A DNA stretch of 64,000 bases, taken from positions 608,001 through 672,000 of the forward strand of contig OZ245040.1 of NCBI GenBank assembly GCA_965224195.1, given 5' to 3'. The notes beneath the pieces are model-generated. The model did no database searches, was not told where the DNA came from, and was given only the letters and a program-made list of their open reading frames with translations. The stretch's first letter is position 1. Every line of letters begins with the position of its first letter. Positions 31,840 through 42,383 of this stretch are shown here, piece after piece. This DNA is from Nitrosopumilus sp. GTDB taxonomy: Archaea > Thermoproteota > Nitrososphaeria > Nitrososphaerales > Nitrosopumilaceae. A program made the translations under genes and the position numbers.

Positions 31840-32642
31840 TTATTCTGATAGATTTATAATTGCAATTTCTGACGGATTAAGAAACCTTGGTGCAGGAGTT
31901 AAACCACACGTGGTGTACACATCAGTGTCATTTACAATGTAATGCCGATAATCATGATCTCCTTCAAATCCAACTATTTTTGGCATAGAGCCAACATATG
32001 GAAGTCTAATTTGTCCACAGTGTGTGTGTCCAAACAAATACACGTCTGCAGTTTCTTTGTTAATTTCCAAATTATTTTGATTATGTGCAAATAAAATTTT
32101 GAATTCGCTTGAAGTATTTGTAAAAGCTTTATCTGAATCTCTCAATCCTGCCCAGTACGAATCAAGACCAATTACTGTAGAGTCCTTAATTGCAACATTC
32201 TCGTTTCTGAGAATTTCTATTGGTCCACTACTTTCAAGATACTCTACTACTGTTTCTGCAAGTTCAAAATTGACGTTATTGCGATCAAGAGAATAGGCAT
32301 TGTGATCATGATTCCTAAAACACCGTATACCCCATATTTGGTTTCTAATTTCCCCAATGGCTCAAGTGAAGGCAATTCATGTGCACCTCTATCTATAAAA
32401 TCACCTGCAATGATTACTGCATCAAGATCTTTTGGATTTAGTATGTCTACCATACGCTGAACAAATGCAGGATCAGAGTTTTGTCTTTGAAAATCAGAAA
32501 TAAAACCGATCTTCATTTTAGTTCGTGTCCGAAATATCCATTTCATTGACTTTGATCATGTTGAGTTCAATTACAAATGCATCCAATCCCAATATTGCAA
32601 TAATGCCAATGAGGATACTGATAATGCCTTCTTTTTAGTCAA
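31840..32642 (-). pseudogene. Metallophosphoesterase with several frameshifts
   Basis: FISD, AGDFID, G(N)HD, AHN and GHTHCGQ motifs lie in different frames. Confidence 0.8.
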
Positions 32643-34157
32643 GAATACCATCTCAGCCCTAGCGGAACTGTACCAACACCAGTACCAACACCAGTACCAA
32701 CACCAGTACCAACACCAGTACCAACACCAGTACCAACACCAGTACCAACACCAGTACCAACACCAGTACCAACACCAGTACCAACACCAGTACCAACACC
32801 AGTACCAACACCAGTACCAACACCAGTACCAACACCAGTACCAACATACGAACTACAAAATATTAAAACGATAAAGTCTGGTGATTCCATAAGGGTATCC
32901 TGGGATGTTCCAACTGACTTTACTGTAAAGTATTACAAAATGTACGTATCAGAAAATGGCGGCTATGCATCATACAAGAGTAAACTATCATCTACTGACA
33001 CATCCTATACCATATCAAATGTACAGGAAGGTAAAAACTACAAGCTAAAGATAAAGATGTACTATGCCAACAACAACAGGGGCAGCACGAGTACAAAATA
33101 TTTTTACTCTGATGTTGTCAATGTGCCAAAGACCACACTTACTGATAGGACACCTCCAGTGATTGTTATGCCAAAGGATATCACGATCAAAAACAACACA
33201 AATTCTGGTGCAACGGTAAATTATTCAGTATCTGCAACAGATAATATTGACGAGTCTGTGACCGTACAATGCTCACAAGCTAGCGGCACTATATTTACAC
33301 AAAGCAATACTACTGTGGCATGTACTGCAACTGATCAGGCTGGAAACATATCATCTGTATCCTTTAACATCATTATAGAGTTCTTCAATGCCATAGGAGA
33401 TGCTATTTTACCTCCTCACATCAATGAGTTTTATGGTGGACAGCCTCATGTCTTTTCAGTTCGGAATGCTACAGGCCATATTGTTTCAGGAATGGGAACC
33501 ATGACGATAGGTGCAACTAATACCACTGGTACCCTTGGTGTAGTTGTTGCTGCACATTCTGTAGCACTTGGACCTGGTGAAACACTAGTTGAGCACACTG
33601 CAGGAGAAAGACTACAATGGTGGGAATCCTTTACTAGGATATCTGACACCACAGGTAGATTCCAATTGGCAGACAGAGTCGATGCTACCTTTATCCCCAT
33701 AACTGAGCCAGATATTGTCATTGGTAGTAGGATACATGCACATGATGGTACAATAATAGATGTATCACAAGGGACTCTAAATGATGTTCAACAACTTGCT
33801 ATATTATCCATATATGGTAATCACACACACGGCCAAGGTTTGTTGCTTTTCAAGAATGCGACCACCCATGATAGGACTACAATCTTTACTCACATGGGGA
33901 TTTCGACATATCCAAGTCAATATGGTGACAGTGGAGCACCAATCATACATATTGCAAATGGCGATGTAAATTTAGTTGGTGTGCATAAAGGTGTTATATG
34001 TGAATTTGATGCAATCTCTGAAGGACAGCCACTCATCGATGTGACAGGTACATCTTGGTGTATTGATGCAACTGATCCACCTGGCAGTCCAGATATACAC
34101 TACTACAAATTATTTAGTGCATGGGAAAACGTCAAGGAATCTCTAAGCATACGATAA
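32643..34157 (+). CDS. 5'-truncated multidomain protein: (VPTP)n, FN3, HYR and trypsin-like serine protease
   Basis: Frame is open through the repeat into IRVSWDVP...YKMY (FN3), DRTPPVI...CTATDQAGN (HYR) and a triad AAHS / VDAT / GDSGAP; no ATG/GTG/TTG before the repeat. Confidence 0.75.
   Translation, partial: EYHLSPSGTVPTPVPTPVPTPVPTPVPTPVPTPVPTPVPTPVPTPVPTPVPTPVPTPVPTPVPTPVPTYELQNIKTIKSGDSIRVSWDVPTDFTVKYYKMYVSENGGYASYKSKLSSTDTSYTISNVQEGKNYKLKIKMYYANNNRGSTSTKYFYSDVVNVPKTTLTDRTPPVIVMPKDITIKNNTNSGATVNYSVSATDNIDESVTVQCSQASGTIFTQSNTTVACTATDQAGNISSVSFNIIIEFFNAIGDAILPPHINEFYGGQPHVFSVRNATGHIVSGMGTMTIGATNTTGTLGVVVAAHSVALGPGETLVEHTAGERLQWWESFTRISDTTGRFQLADRVDATFIPITEPDIVIGSRIHAHDGTIIDVSQGTLNDVQQLAILSIYGNHTHGQGLLLFKNATTHDRTTIFTHMGISTYPSQYGDSGAPIIHIANGDVNLVGVHKGVICEFDAISEGQPLIDVTGTSWCIDATDPPGSPDIHYYKLFSAWENVKESLSIR
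32670..32846 (+). repeat. Perfect 12-bp tandem repeat (14.75 copies) encoding (VPTP)n
   Basis: gtaccaacacca repeated, in frame with the downstream ORF. Confidence 0.95.
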
Positions 34158-34168
34158 CTTTTCTTTTT

Positions 34169-34372
34169 TTATTTTAAAATATCACTCCAAAAATTACTGC
34201 ATTTTAGTTGACCGTGTTCAAGGCATCCTACATCATTAAGTGTAAGAGGAACACAATCTACCACACCTCCTCCCTGATATACACATACCTCAATAAAACC
34301 CAAACTAATAATCGTAACAGCTACAACTGCAACACCAATCAAAGTCAAAATTTTTGAAGACATAAACTTCAT
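34169..34372 (-). CDS. Small Cys-containing membrane or secreted protein
   Basis: Hydrophobic N-terminus and four Cys. Confidence 0.5.
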   Translation of the reverse strand: MKFMSSKILTLIGVAVVAVTIISLGFIEVCVYQGGGVVDCVPLTLNDVGCLEHGQLKCSNFWSDILK

Positions 34373-34462
34373 ACAGAAATTATAATGTCTAAGTTATTTA
34401 AAATTTAAAAAAATAACCGCCACCAATTCGACATAATTTTATACTGGAATTTAACTTGTGAA

Positions 34463-35458
34463 ATGATGATAAAACCTGGTCGAGCAGTCAAAGACATTGA
34501 AATTAATTCAGCCACATCCATAGAAGAAATTTTTGAAGAGATGTCTCAATCAGGCGGGTTTGAATCCGTGAATTTGTCATATGGATTAAAAATTCTAACA
34601 GAAATGATCTCAGATGAGGAATGTCTAAAATTTGTGTCGTTTGTGGCAGCTATAGTATCAACTGGGACTAGGGGAATAATCAAGGACATGATCAAAAACA
34701 AATGGTTTGATGTAGTTATGGTAACCTGTGGCTCGCTAGATCATGACATTGCAAGGCATTTCTCACATTACAAGGAAGGTGCATTTACAATGGATGACAT
34801 GGAATTGGCAAATCAAAACATTCACAGATTAGGAAACGTTCTGGTTCCAATGGATAGCTATGGACCTCTAATTGAAGAAAAAATGCAAAAATTTCTAGAA
34901 GAAGAATATCAAAACGGAACCAGAGAAATGACTAGTGCCGATATTTGCAAAATGATTGGAAGACATCTGGGAGAAGACTCGTATCTTTATTGGGCTTACA
35001 AAAATGACATCAAGGTTATAGTTCCAGGAATTGTGGACGGTTCTGTTGGAAGTCAAATTTGGCTCTTTGCACAAAAACATCATGATTTTAAACTAAACTT
35101 GTTAGGCGATGCAGATTTGCTTTCTGGTTTAATCTTCAAAGCCAAAAAATCAGGTGCATTTATGATTGGTGGCGGAATTTCAAAGCATCATACATTATGG
35201 TGGAATCAATACAGGGAAGGATTAGACTATGCATTTTACATTACAACTGCACAAGAGTTTGATGGAAGTCTTAGTGGTGCACTAGTCAAAGAAGCAGTTT
35301 CATGGGGTAAAGTTGCACAAGAGGCAAAACAGGCAACACTTCATGCAGAAGTGACAACCATCATATTGCCATTCATTTATGCAGCACTTGTTTCAAAATG
35401 CCTCAAGCCTCACCCCTCGTCGACAGTTAACACGGAGAATAACCACCCGTCAAGTTAA
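34463..35458 (+). CDS. dys: Deoxyhypusine synthase with atypical C-terminal tail
   Basis: GGGISKHH, DGSLSGA, EAVSWGK. Confidence 0.93.
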   Translation: MMIKPGRAVKDIEINSATSIEEIFEEMSQSGGFESVNLSYGLKILTEMISDEECLKFVSFVAAIVSTGTRGIIKDMIKNKWFDVVMVTCGSLDHDIARHFSHYKEGAFTMDDMELANQNIHRLGNVLVPMDSYGPLIEEKMQKFLEEEYQNGTREMTSADICKMIGRHLGEDSYLYWAYKNDIKVIVPGIVDGSVGSQIWLFAQKHHDFKLNLLGDADLLSGLIFKAKKSGAFMIGGGISKHHTLWWNQYREGLDYAFYITTAQEFDGSLSGALVKEAVSWGKVAQEAKQATLHAEVTTIILPFIYAALVSKCLKPHPSSTVNTENNHPSS

Positions 35459-35500
35459 CAGAACCGAATATTCTTTTACAAATAGTATACCTTTGTCACT

Positions 35501-35908
35501 CTACTGTGCATCTTCATCTTTTTCATGTTGTAATGAAATTGAATTAATACAATATCTCTGATTTGTAGGCTGTGGACCGTCATCAAATACGTGGCCTAAG
35601 TGTGCTCCACATTTGTTACAATTAACTTCAGTACGAACCATTCCATATGCATTATCTGAAATGTATTCTATCTTTTCTTCTGAAATTGGTTTCCAGAAAC
35701 TTGGCCATCCTGAACCTGAATCAAATTTTGAATCAGATGAGAATAATTCTTCCCCACAACATGTGCATTTGAAGGCCCCTTCTAGTTTGGTGTCATTGTA
35801 TTTTCCAGTAAAAGGTGGTTCTGTTCCATGTTTAATGCAAATTTCATACTGATCTGGAGCTAGCTGATCTTTCCATTTTTCAGGATTTTTCACAATTTTC
35901 TCTGTCAT
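35501..35908 (-). CDS. msrB: Peptide-methionine (R)-S-oxide reductase
   Basis: GTEPPF, SGSGWPSF, HLGHVFDDGP, RYCINS. Confidence 0.96.
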   Translation of the reverse strand: MTEKIVKNPEKWKDQLAPDQYEICIKHGTEPPFTGKYNDTKLEGAFKCTCCGEELFSSDSKFDSGSGWPSFWKPISEEKIEYISDNAYGMVRTEVNCNKCGAHLGHVFDDGPQPTNQRYCINSISLQHEKDEDAQ

Positions 35909-35944
35909 AATATTTTTTAATTATTCTGATATTAGAATATTTAT

Positions 35945-37564
35945 CTATTTTTTTAATTTCTTTCGCTTCTCTTCTGTTCTTTTTTCAGATTCAAATCTTT
36001 CTAAATCATATTCTTTCATATCTACATACTTCATAATTTTACTGAGATTTGGATGAACTTTGTTAATTTGTTTGAACATATCCTGTGCTACTCTTCTGTA
36101 ATCTACATGTCCTTGTGGAACTGTTCTTAATTCAATCAAATGACATGCCTCTCTTAGATTCATTTTCATGAAATATGGATAGTTATATCCAAAGTTTACA
36201 ACATACTGTCCTTGTTCTGGTAGTTTAGTTCTAATTTTATCAAATGTTTCTTTAGTTTTGTTCATACAGTCTTTGAAATCTTTCTCAATCCCCAAAACTT
36301 TGATTTCATTTGGCATATTATATCCGTGATCTGTTGTTAGTAACTGTCTTTCAAGTGTAAGTGCTCTATGTCTATGAAGGTCTCTAAACATTCCAAAATT
36401 ATTACATAAATCAAATGTATAATAGATATTTTCAAAAGCCCTTGATGGCCTATGACGTCTATTTGTGCGAATCTTTGTAAATTCATTTATGATTTTAATT
36501 TTTTTGCCCTTTGACATTTTTCTAACCTGTTGTTGAATGTCTTGGTATGATGTGCTAGGTGATTGCTCATACATTATACTTGTAATTATTGTATCAATAG
36601 AATTTTTCTCTGATTCATAATACACAAGTTTAGTAACTGCGCCTTTTTTTGGATTTGATTTTATTTCTTTAGCAGTAATTGATTTTGATTTATTTTTTAT
36701 ATCTCTGAGATATTTTTGGAATACATTCCCGTATTTGTCATCAGCTCGTCTCACAAATGATTTGATTGTGGTGTCGAGCTCTTTTTTGATTCTTGAGGCT
36801 AAATCTTGCTCTTCTTCTAGTTCAGATGAGCCTAAAACAGTTAGTAGGTATTCAAGCGCTCTTCCGTTTCCAGTAATTCCAACATTAGTCAAAGTTGATG
36901 CTGGCAATAGTCCTCTGAGAATGTCAAGAGCTTTGGCTTTAGTGGATCCTCTGTAAATCATGTTTGCAGATTTGATATCTGATTCATTTTTTAATTTGGA
37001 AAATAGTTTTTCTTTTCCATCTTTAGAATCTTTAAAACTGTATTTTTCAATTGGGTATTTTTCTCTGACATAGTTTACCATTGGTTCGATGTTTTTTGAA
37101 TAAACATCAAATGAAAAATTACAACTCTCTTCATACATGTCTGCATATCTAGACTTCATAATTTCAGAATCTCGATAAAACCTGTACTTTCCATTTTTTT
37201 TTTTGTTCCATGCAACATATCTTGATGATTTTTCTAAATATGACAACCCTATTCTTCTATCTTCAATTTTTTTCACTGCTATGTTTGATAATCCTTCAAT
37301 TGCAATTTGTGCTTCACCTAATTCTGCAACAGAATCATCACCATACTCTAAGAGAACTCTGTTGTAAAATTCCTCACCTCTCGTTTTGTTTTGTAAAAAC
37401 TCATCAAGGAAAATACGTCTCATACTTTTGTCAGTTCTACTATATCTTGACATCAATGCACCACGATCAACTTGTCGTGGGGTAATTATTGCAAAGACCT
37501 TGCCTTCAGTATTTGAAAAGTGATCTGATAGAATCTTTTTTTCTTTAATTGAGAATTCCGACAA
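35945..37564 (-). CDS. thyX: FAD-dependent thymidylate synthase (two-domain form)
   Basis: [25 protein letters not shown]. Confidence 0.88.
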   Translation of the reverse strand: MSEFSIKEKKILSDHFSNTEGKVFAIITPRQVDRGALMSRYSRTDKSMRRIFLDEFLQNKTRGEEFYNRVLLEYGDDSVAELGEAQIAIEGLSNIAVKKIEDRRIGLSYLEKSSRYVAWNKKKNGKYRFYRDSEIMKSRYADMYEESCNFSFDVYSKNIEPMVNYVREKYPIEKYSFKDSKDGKEKLFSKLKNESDIKSANMIYRGSTKAKALDILRGLLPASTLTNVGITGNGRALEYLLTVLGSSELEEEQDLASRIKKELDTTIKSFVRRADDKYGNVFQKYLRDIKNKSKSITAKEIKSNPKKGAVTKLVYYESEKNSIDTIITSIMYEQSPSTSYQDIQQQVRKMSKGKKIKIINEFTKIRTNRRHRPSRAFENIYYTFDLCNNFGMFRDLHRHRALTLERQLLTTDHGYNMPNEIKVLGIEKDFKDCMNKTKETFDKIRTKLPEQGQYVVNFGYNYPYFMKMNLREACHLIELRTVPQGHVDYRRVAQDMFKQINKVHPNLSKIMKYVDMKEYDLERFESEKRTEEKRKKLKK

Positions 37565-37596
37565 TACGAATATGCTGTTTCACAATTATTAATAGT

Positions 37597-37890
37597 CTAT
37601 TTCTTTTTTCCAATTTGAATTAGATCGGGTCCTTTTTCTCTATCTTTGTCTTGGCCTTTTGCTTGCCATCTCAACAACACTTGCTTGAATGATTCTGCAT
37701 CTGCTTCATTTTCGGTGTACAGTAATGTTGTTACCCAAAATCCTTTTTTGGCTGTTTTTCCTCCAATTGAATTCATCCAGAAATCATTTGGCAAAGTCTC
37801 CATTGCTTTGTTGTTTGGATCCTTTGTAGTTTCAATCCATCGGCTAGCGACAAAATTCAAAATTTGTTCAAGTTCTTCTTTTTGAATCAT
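37597..37890 (-). CDS. Hypothetical protein
   Basis: 97-aa ORF with ATG start. Confidence 0.65.
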   Translation of the reverse strand: MIQKEELEQILNFVASRWIETTKDPNNKAMETLPNDFWMNSIGGKTAKKGFWVTTLLYTENEADAESFKQVLLRWQAKGQDKDREKGPDLIQIGKKK

Positions 37891-38023
37891 GAGCCTACTA
37901 ATTTGTCTCTAAATTTTAAAATTACTAAATCTCAGGCGATGAATAGTTAGTGAATTTAATCTTACTAAAACTAAAAACATTTCTTACACTTTGTCGGTTA
38001 TACAAATCTCTAAAGTATCACAC

Positions 38024-38905
38024 ATGACAAACGACGATATCGAAATTATCGGTAAAAATGTCAAAGACATGTACGGAACATTCATGGGTAAAGTCGTAGG
38101 AACAATAACTGACTTTGACGGAAGTATTCAATCCGTCGGAATTGACTGTGGTTCACAAGGATTACAGCAAATCCAATATGAACAACTAGTCGTTCAAGGA
38201 GAAGTTGTTATATTTATTCCAAAATGGAGACTCGACTCACAAAGACTCATTCGTGAAAAACAATTAACTCTACGTCGATTGAAAGCATTGATTGACATAG
38301 TTTCTGAAAATGATGACATGAAAACAGATGCAGAAATCATTCATGAAAAATACAAGTCAAAACTTGTATCATTAGATGAAACAGAACATGAAATCAAAGC
38401 AATACTTGAGGCAAGATTGACAGAGTTAGATGTTCAAATGAAGTCTGCAAAAATGTTATCGTTTGATGCAAAAGTACAATTTAAGAGCAATGAAATCTTT
38501 GATACAACATTTGAGACCGTGAAATCATGCACAACTGAGGTAATTGAGCATGTAACTCACGAAACAGCAGAAATCGCAAATGTAAAGAGTAGAATTGCAG
38601 ACCTTGAATTGGAAGTGCAAGAGATAACAACCCCTCCAACACCAGACATCCAAGAATCCGCCCGTTCATATCTGGAGACAACTGAACAAGAACAACAAGT
38701 AGTTCAGACTATACTTCCAGAAGTACCAATCGAATCAACAATAATACCTTCAGGACCAATTGAAGCATCTAGTACCCCTATACCTGAAGCTTCAACAGAA
38801 TCTGAGGTAACATTTGCATTTCCAGAACCACCCCAACAGGTGACAGCAGATACTTCAAAAGACGACAATGATAACGATTGGCTTGCTAGAATGGAAGCAC
38901 AATAA
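38024..38905 (+). CDS. cdvA: Cell division protein CdvA
   Basis: IGKNVKDMYGTFMGKVVG PRC-barrel N-terminus, coiled coil, C-terminal WLARM. Confidence 0.85.
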   Translation: MTNDDIEIIGKNVKDMYGTFMGKVVGTITDFDGSIQSVGIDCGSQGLQQIQYEQLVVQGEVVIFIPKWRLDSQRLIREKQLTLRRLKALIDIVSENDDMKTDAEIIHEKYKSKLVSLDETEHEIKAILEARLTELDVQMKSAKMLSFDAKVQFKSNEIFDTTFETVKSCTTEVIEHVTHETAEIANVKSRIADLELEVQEITTPPTPDIQESARSYLETTEQEQQVVQTILPEVPIESTIIPSGPIEASSTPIPEASTESEVTFAFPEPPQQVTADTSKDDNDNDWLARMEAQ

Positions 38906-38965
38906 TTTTTTTTAAATTATTTTTTTAACACTTGGAAAGATCTAACCTCATACATTTTTTGATGC

Positions 38966-39627
38966 CTGAGATTTTTTATATTGGTCTAGGAAACAATGAT
39001 GATACTTTAAGGAAAAAAAGCAGATACTAATTTTGTGTCCTTTTGGGGTGCTCAGGCAAAGAATTTGTCCTGGTTTTCTACCTGGGAGAAAACACTTGTT
39101 GGAGGCACGATTAATGCTTGGTATGATGCTACAGAGTGCATCAATCATCAAAATCTGACAAATTTGCAATTCTATGGATGATAATGTGTTTGAGACACTG
39201 GCAGAGCATCTTGCAGGACTGGTTGAAAATATTTTATGTGATCCTACATATGATGATGGCTCACCATATTAATTTGGCAGCAAGAAAAATCCGAGATTGA
39301 TTGCCCAATAAAACAATACCCGCATACACCGCTAGAGAGAATCAAACTCGTAGAGTTTTACAACTCTATAATGGGTCAAGAATTGCAAAGACAGAAAAAT
39401 TTCAATTGAACCGCTCTTTGAATATCCCAAAGACACGCTTGATATTGGAATTGTACCTGTAAAAGGACTGTACAACGTGAAATCATTTGCATTGGTTTGT
39501 GTGCATCATCTGATGGTTTATTGCAACTGCATCGCTGGGGCAAAGAATCCAAGAATTGCAAAGAGAATGCCTTGCTGCTAGGAACTGATTCTGGTTTTAT
39601 TTTTGTAAATCATTTTACCCAAGCCTC
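38966..39627 (+). mobile_element. Highly degenerate DDE transposase remnant (IS4/IS5/IS982-like)
   Basis: Fragments ILCDPTYDDG and SIEPLFEYPKDTLDIGIVPVKG interrupted by stops and frameshifts; boundaries approximate. Confidence 0.55.
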
Positions 39628-40086
39628 AGATAGTTGTCAAATTAGAAACAATTCAATGTATTGATTGTGTGATAGAGTTATCGGAACACAGCTGAGACTC
39701 ACAAACTGCAATGCTGTGAGATGGTCTTTACCCTGTTTTATAATTTTTTGTCCATACCAGAACACAATCTGTCTCTGCATGCCCATCAGAATTAGTCACA
39801 TTGTATTTTTTAAATTCGATAAATCCTTGCACAGGTTCTAAAAACAAGGCATTGGTCATGCCACAACCAGATGGAAAATCAAATGCATTCCAAAAATTTC
39901 TTAACAGGATGCCCGACACATTTCCAAACCGAATGAAAAACATCCAGTTATTTGGAAAATTTGTTACAAATACAAAATAATCGATTAAAGATTTGTGTGT
40001 TTTGGTCTCACTTCCTACTACGAGGCTAAGCTGCAAAATTGAGGTTCAAAACAGTCGCATCAGGTCTTCATCTTTTTACTTTAACT

Positions 40087-40578
40087 TTATGGCTGTTGCG
40101 CCAATAGATCTTCCCATTCATCTTCATCACTTACTTCATCAAGCAGAACTGCTTTGAATAGCTCGCATGTGACAAAATCTTTGTCCTTGTACTTTTCAGT
40201 CATTGTATTGTAAAAATCAATTGCTCTTCTTTCTGCATCAATGACATCATGAATTACTTGCTTTAGGTTACTAGAATCTTTCGGAGGTGCTTTGTAACCG
40301 CCTGCTGCAACTTTAGGAAGACTGGCAAAATCCATTTCTGGCTCTCCTCCTAACCCAATTATTCTGTTGGCAAATTTTTCTGCATGCAAAAGTTCATCTG
40401 CAGACTGTGCAATCAGTCTGGAACTAACTGCATCAGCATTTATTCCCCTAACCCATTGGCCTGCCAGCCAGTATTGAAAATGAGCACACCATTCATCAGC
40501 ATATGCCTTGTTCAAATCAGATATCACTGCATTAATGTCTACTTTTGCAGCTACAATTTCTATTCCTTTTTTACCCAT
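40087..40578 (-). CDS. Ferritin-like (DpsL/bacterioferritin-type) protein
   Basis: AYADEW, DELLH, DAERRAI, DEVSDE four-helix di-iron pattern. Confidence 0.88.
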   Translation of the reverse strand: MGKKGIEIVAAKVDINAVISDLNKAYADEWCAHFQYWLAGQWVRGINADAVSSRLIAQSADELLHAEKFANRIIGLGGEPEMDFASLPKVAAGGYKAPPKDSSNLKQVIHDVIDAERRAIDFYNTMTEKYKDKDFVTCELFKAVLLDEVSDEDEWEDLLAQQP

Positions 40579-40811
40579 TGTATCTTATTACACCATTCTC
40601 TAATTTAAGGATGATTCTTAGAATTGATTTTTCTAGTAAATACTTCATCAAAAAGTGCCCATATCTTCTTCTAACAAAGGAGATATATGCTTGTTTCCCA
40701 ACCCCAAAAACCATTAACACTCTTTGATTAGACAAAAAGTCCTTCTGTTCTTCTATTGCATTGCAGTCATCTTGTTGTACAGGCAAACTTTCATTCTTAG
40801 TTCATGTATAA

Positions 40812-40866
40812 TCAACTCATCTTAAAACTAACCGTTTAGACAAATTATGGTGATCATTAGATCTAT
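40812..40866 (+). mobile_element. Isolated left end of the IS427-like element
   Basis: tcaactcatcttaaaactaaccgtttagacaaatt closely matches the ends at 3237 and 51264. Confidence 0.7.
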
Positions 40867-40984
40867 GAATAACGATATCGCAGATTGATTCATGCAATTC
40901 AGATTATTGAAGACGCATGAATATGCATATGTAAATATTGTAAGTAAGAAACTTCTTACTTAGTATATGAGTAAGTCTATACTA

Positions 40985-42051
40985 GATGAGTTGTGCAATT
41001 AGTCCAATTTGAGCATAATCTCAACATTTTCTAATCATAAGATCCAAAGCTAAGACTGAATTATTTTCAATTCATGTTTAATTACGCAAAACTGGCAAAA
41101 AAACCAAAACAATTCCTGTCAATAGCAGGACTAACTGTTCCACAGTTTGATTCCCTATACAAAGAAATAAAGAAAAATTGCAAAACTGCAGAACAAAAGG
41201 GATTGTCCAAAAACAGAGAAAGAGACATTGGTGCAGGACACAAGTGTGACTTGTCCTTCAAAGACAGAATTCTAATGTTTTTCATGTACTACAGAATGTA
41301 CACAACATATGACATGCCAGGGATGACATTTGATTTGGACAAACCAAACGTAATGAGAAACATCAGATGTTTGGAGCCTGCAGTGAAGCAGTCCATTACA
41401 ATTGCTGCCAAAAAATATGCAGATTCAAAAGAGATTAACGGCATGCAGGAATTGCAGGAATTCTTTCCGGAATTAGTTGCAATCACTGATGGCACAGAAC
41501 AGCCCATCCCAAGACCAAAAAACAAAAAGAAAAGAAGGACACGCCATTCAGGCAAAAAGAAAAAGCATGCAGTACAAAATCAAATCGCCATAAATCCTGA
41601 TGGGATAACAATCCACAAATCTGCACATTCGCCTGGCAGCCATCATGATTGCAGAATTTACAAATCAAAGCATCCAACATTATCTGAAGGGTTGCTGCAG
41701 TCTTATGATCCTGGATGTTTGGGGATGGAAAAAGATTTTCCAGAACAGGCAAGTGTTTTGCCATGCAAGAAAAAGAAAGGAAAAAAATTGACTGTTACTC
41801 AAAAGGAGTGGAACAGGATGCAGTCAAAAATTAGAATAAAAGTTGAACATGTCATTGCACAAGTCAAGCAATTTCGGATAAATCGCGATGTGTTTAGAAA
41901 CAAATTATGCAGATATGATGTGATAAGTGAAATTGTTTGTGGGACTGTCAGTTTCAAGATTAAATGAAAAGAAGAATTCATTGCAATTCCATAAAATTAA
42001 GAATTAAATGACAGAAAAGTTAGATTTTTGCTTGTAATTACGCAACTCATC
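40985..42051 (+). mobile_element. IS5-family (ISL2-like) insertion sequence
   Basis: Inverted termini gatgagttgtgcaatta / taattacgcaactcatc flanked by TA; contains the transposase at 41074-41967. Confidence 0.8.
41074..41967 (+). CDS. Transposase (HTH + DDE), probably decayed
   Basis: TDGTEQPIPRP, SGKKKKH, RIKVEHVI; the usual D.GY motif reads DPGC. Confidence 0.85.
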   Translation: MFNYAKLAKKPKQFLSIAGLTVPQFDSLYKEIKKNCKTAEQKGLSKNRERDIGAGHKCDLSFKDRILMFFMYYRMYTTYDMPGMTFDLDKPNVMRNIRCLEPAVKQSITIAAKKYADSKEINGMQELQEFFPELVAITDGTEQPIPRPKNKKKRRTRHSGKKKKHAVQNQIAINPDGITIHKSAHSPGSHHDCRIYKSKHPTLSEGLLQSYDPGCLGMEKDFPEQASVLPCKKKKGKKLTVTQKEWNRMQSKIRIKVEHVIAQVKQFRINRDVFRNKLCRYDVISEIVCGTVSFKIK

Positions 42052-42327
42052 TAATCTATATGCAAAATAATAATAAAATCCAGATGTGATTACAATTGAG
42101 AAATACCATGGAACACCAAAATATCCTAGAATAACTGAAATGATCATATTTATGACTATGATCATGTTGTAGAATTTTATTTTTCCAGCTTTGTAACCAA
42201 GATAAATCATTACAGGCCAAAACAATACTAGAGCAATTATCCATCCTGTAGATAGTTTTCCTGGTTGTTTATTCTCCATGGTGATTTTATGCATATTTTG
42301 TGACCTTAAGTATATTCCACTAAACAC
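42004..42327 (-). CDS. Small membrane protein whose C-terminus is supplied by the IS end
   Basis: Three hydrophobic segments; excising the IS gives ...AYRLV*. Confidence 0.6.
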   Translation of the reverse strand: MFSGIYLRSQNMHKITMENKQPGKLSTGWIIALVLFWPVMIYLGYKAGKIKFYNMIIVINMIISVILGYFGVPWYFSIVITSGFYYYFAYRLDELRNYKQKSNFSVI

Positions 42328-42383
42328 CTTGCGCTTAATTTTGGAGTAGTATACTTTATGATCTCTATGATTTGCTCAAAAAC

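Noticed and set aside
32670-32846. Possible CRISPR array or telomere-like repeat
   Set aside because: Perfect head-to-tail 12-mers without spacers, in frame as a (VPTP)n linker; no cas genes in the window.
32639-32890. Minus-strand (GVGT)n and (VL)n ORFs
   Set aside because: Shadows of the tandem repeat; the + frame continues into recognisable domains.
39728-40036. 102-aa minus-strand ORF
   Set aside because: No recognisable motif, non-ATG start, and it lies in decayed DNA.
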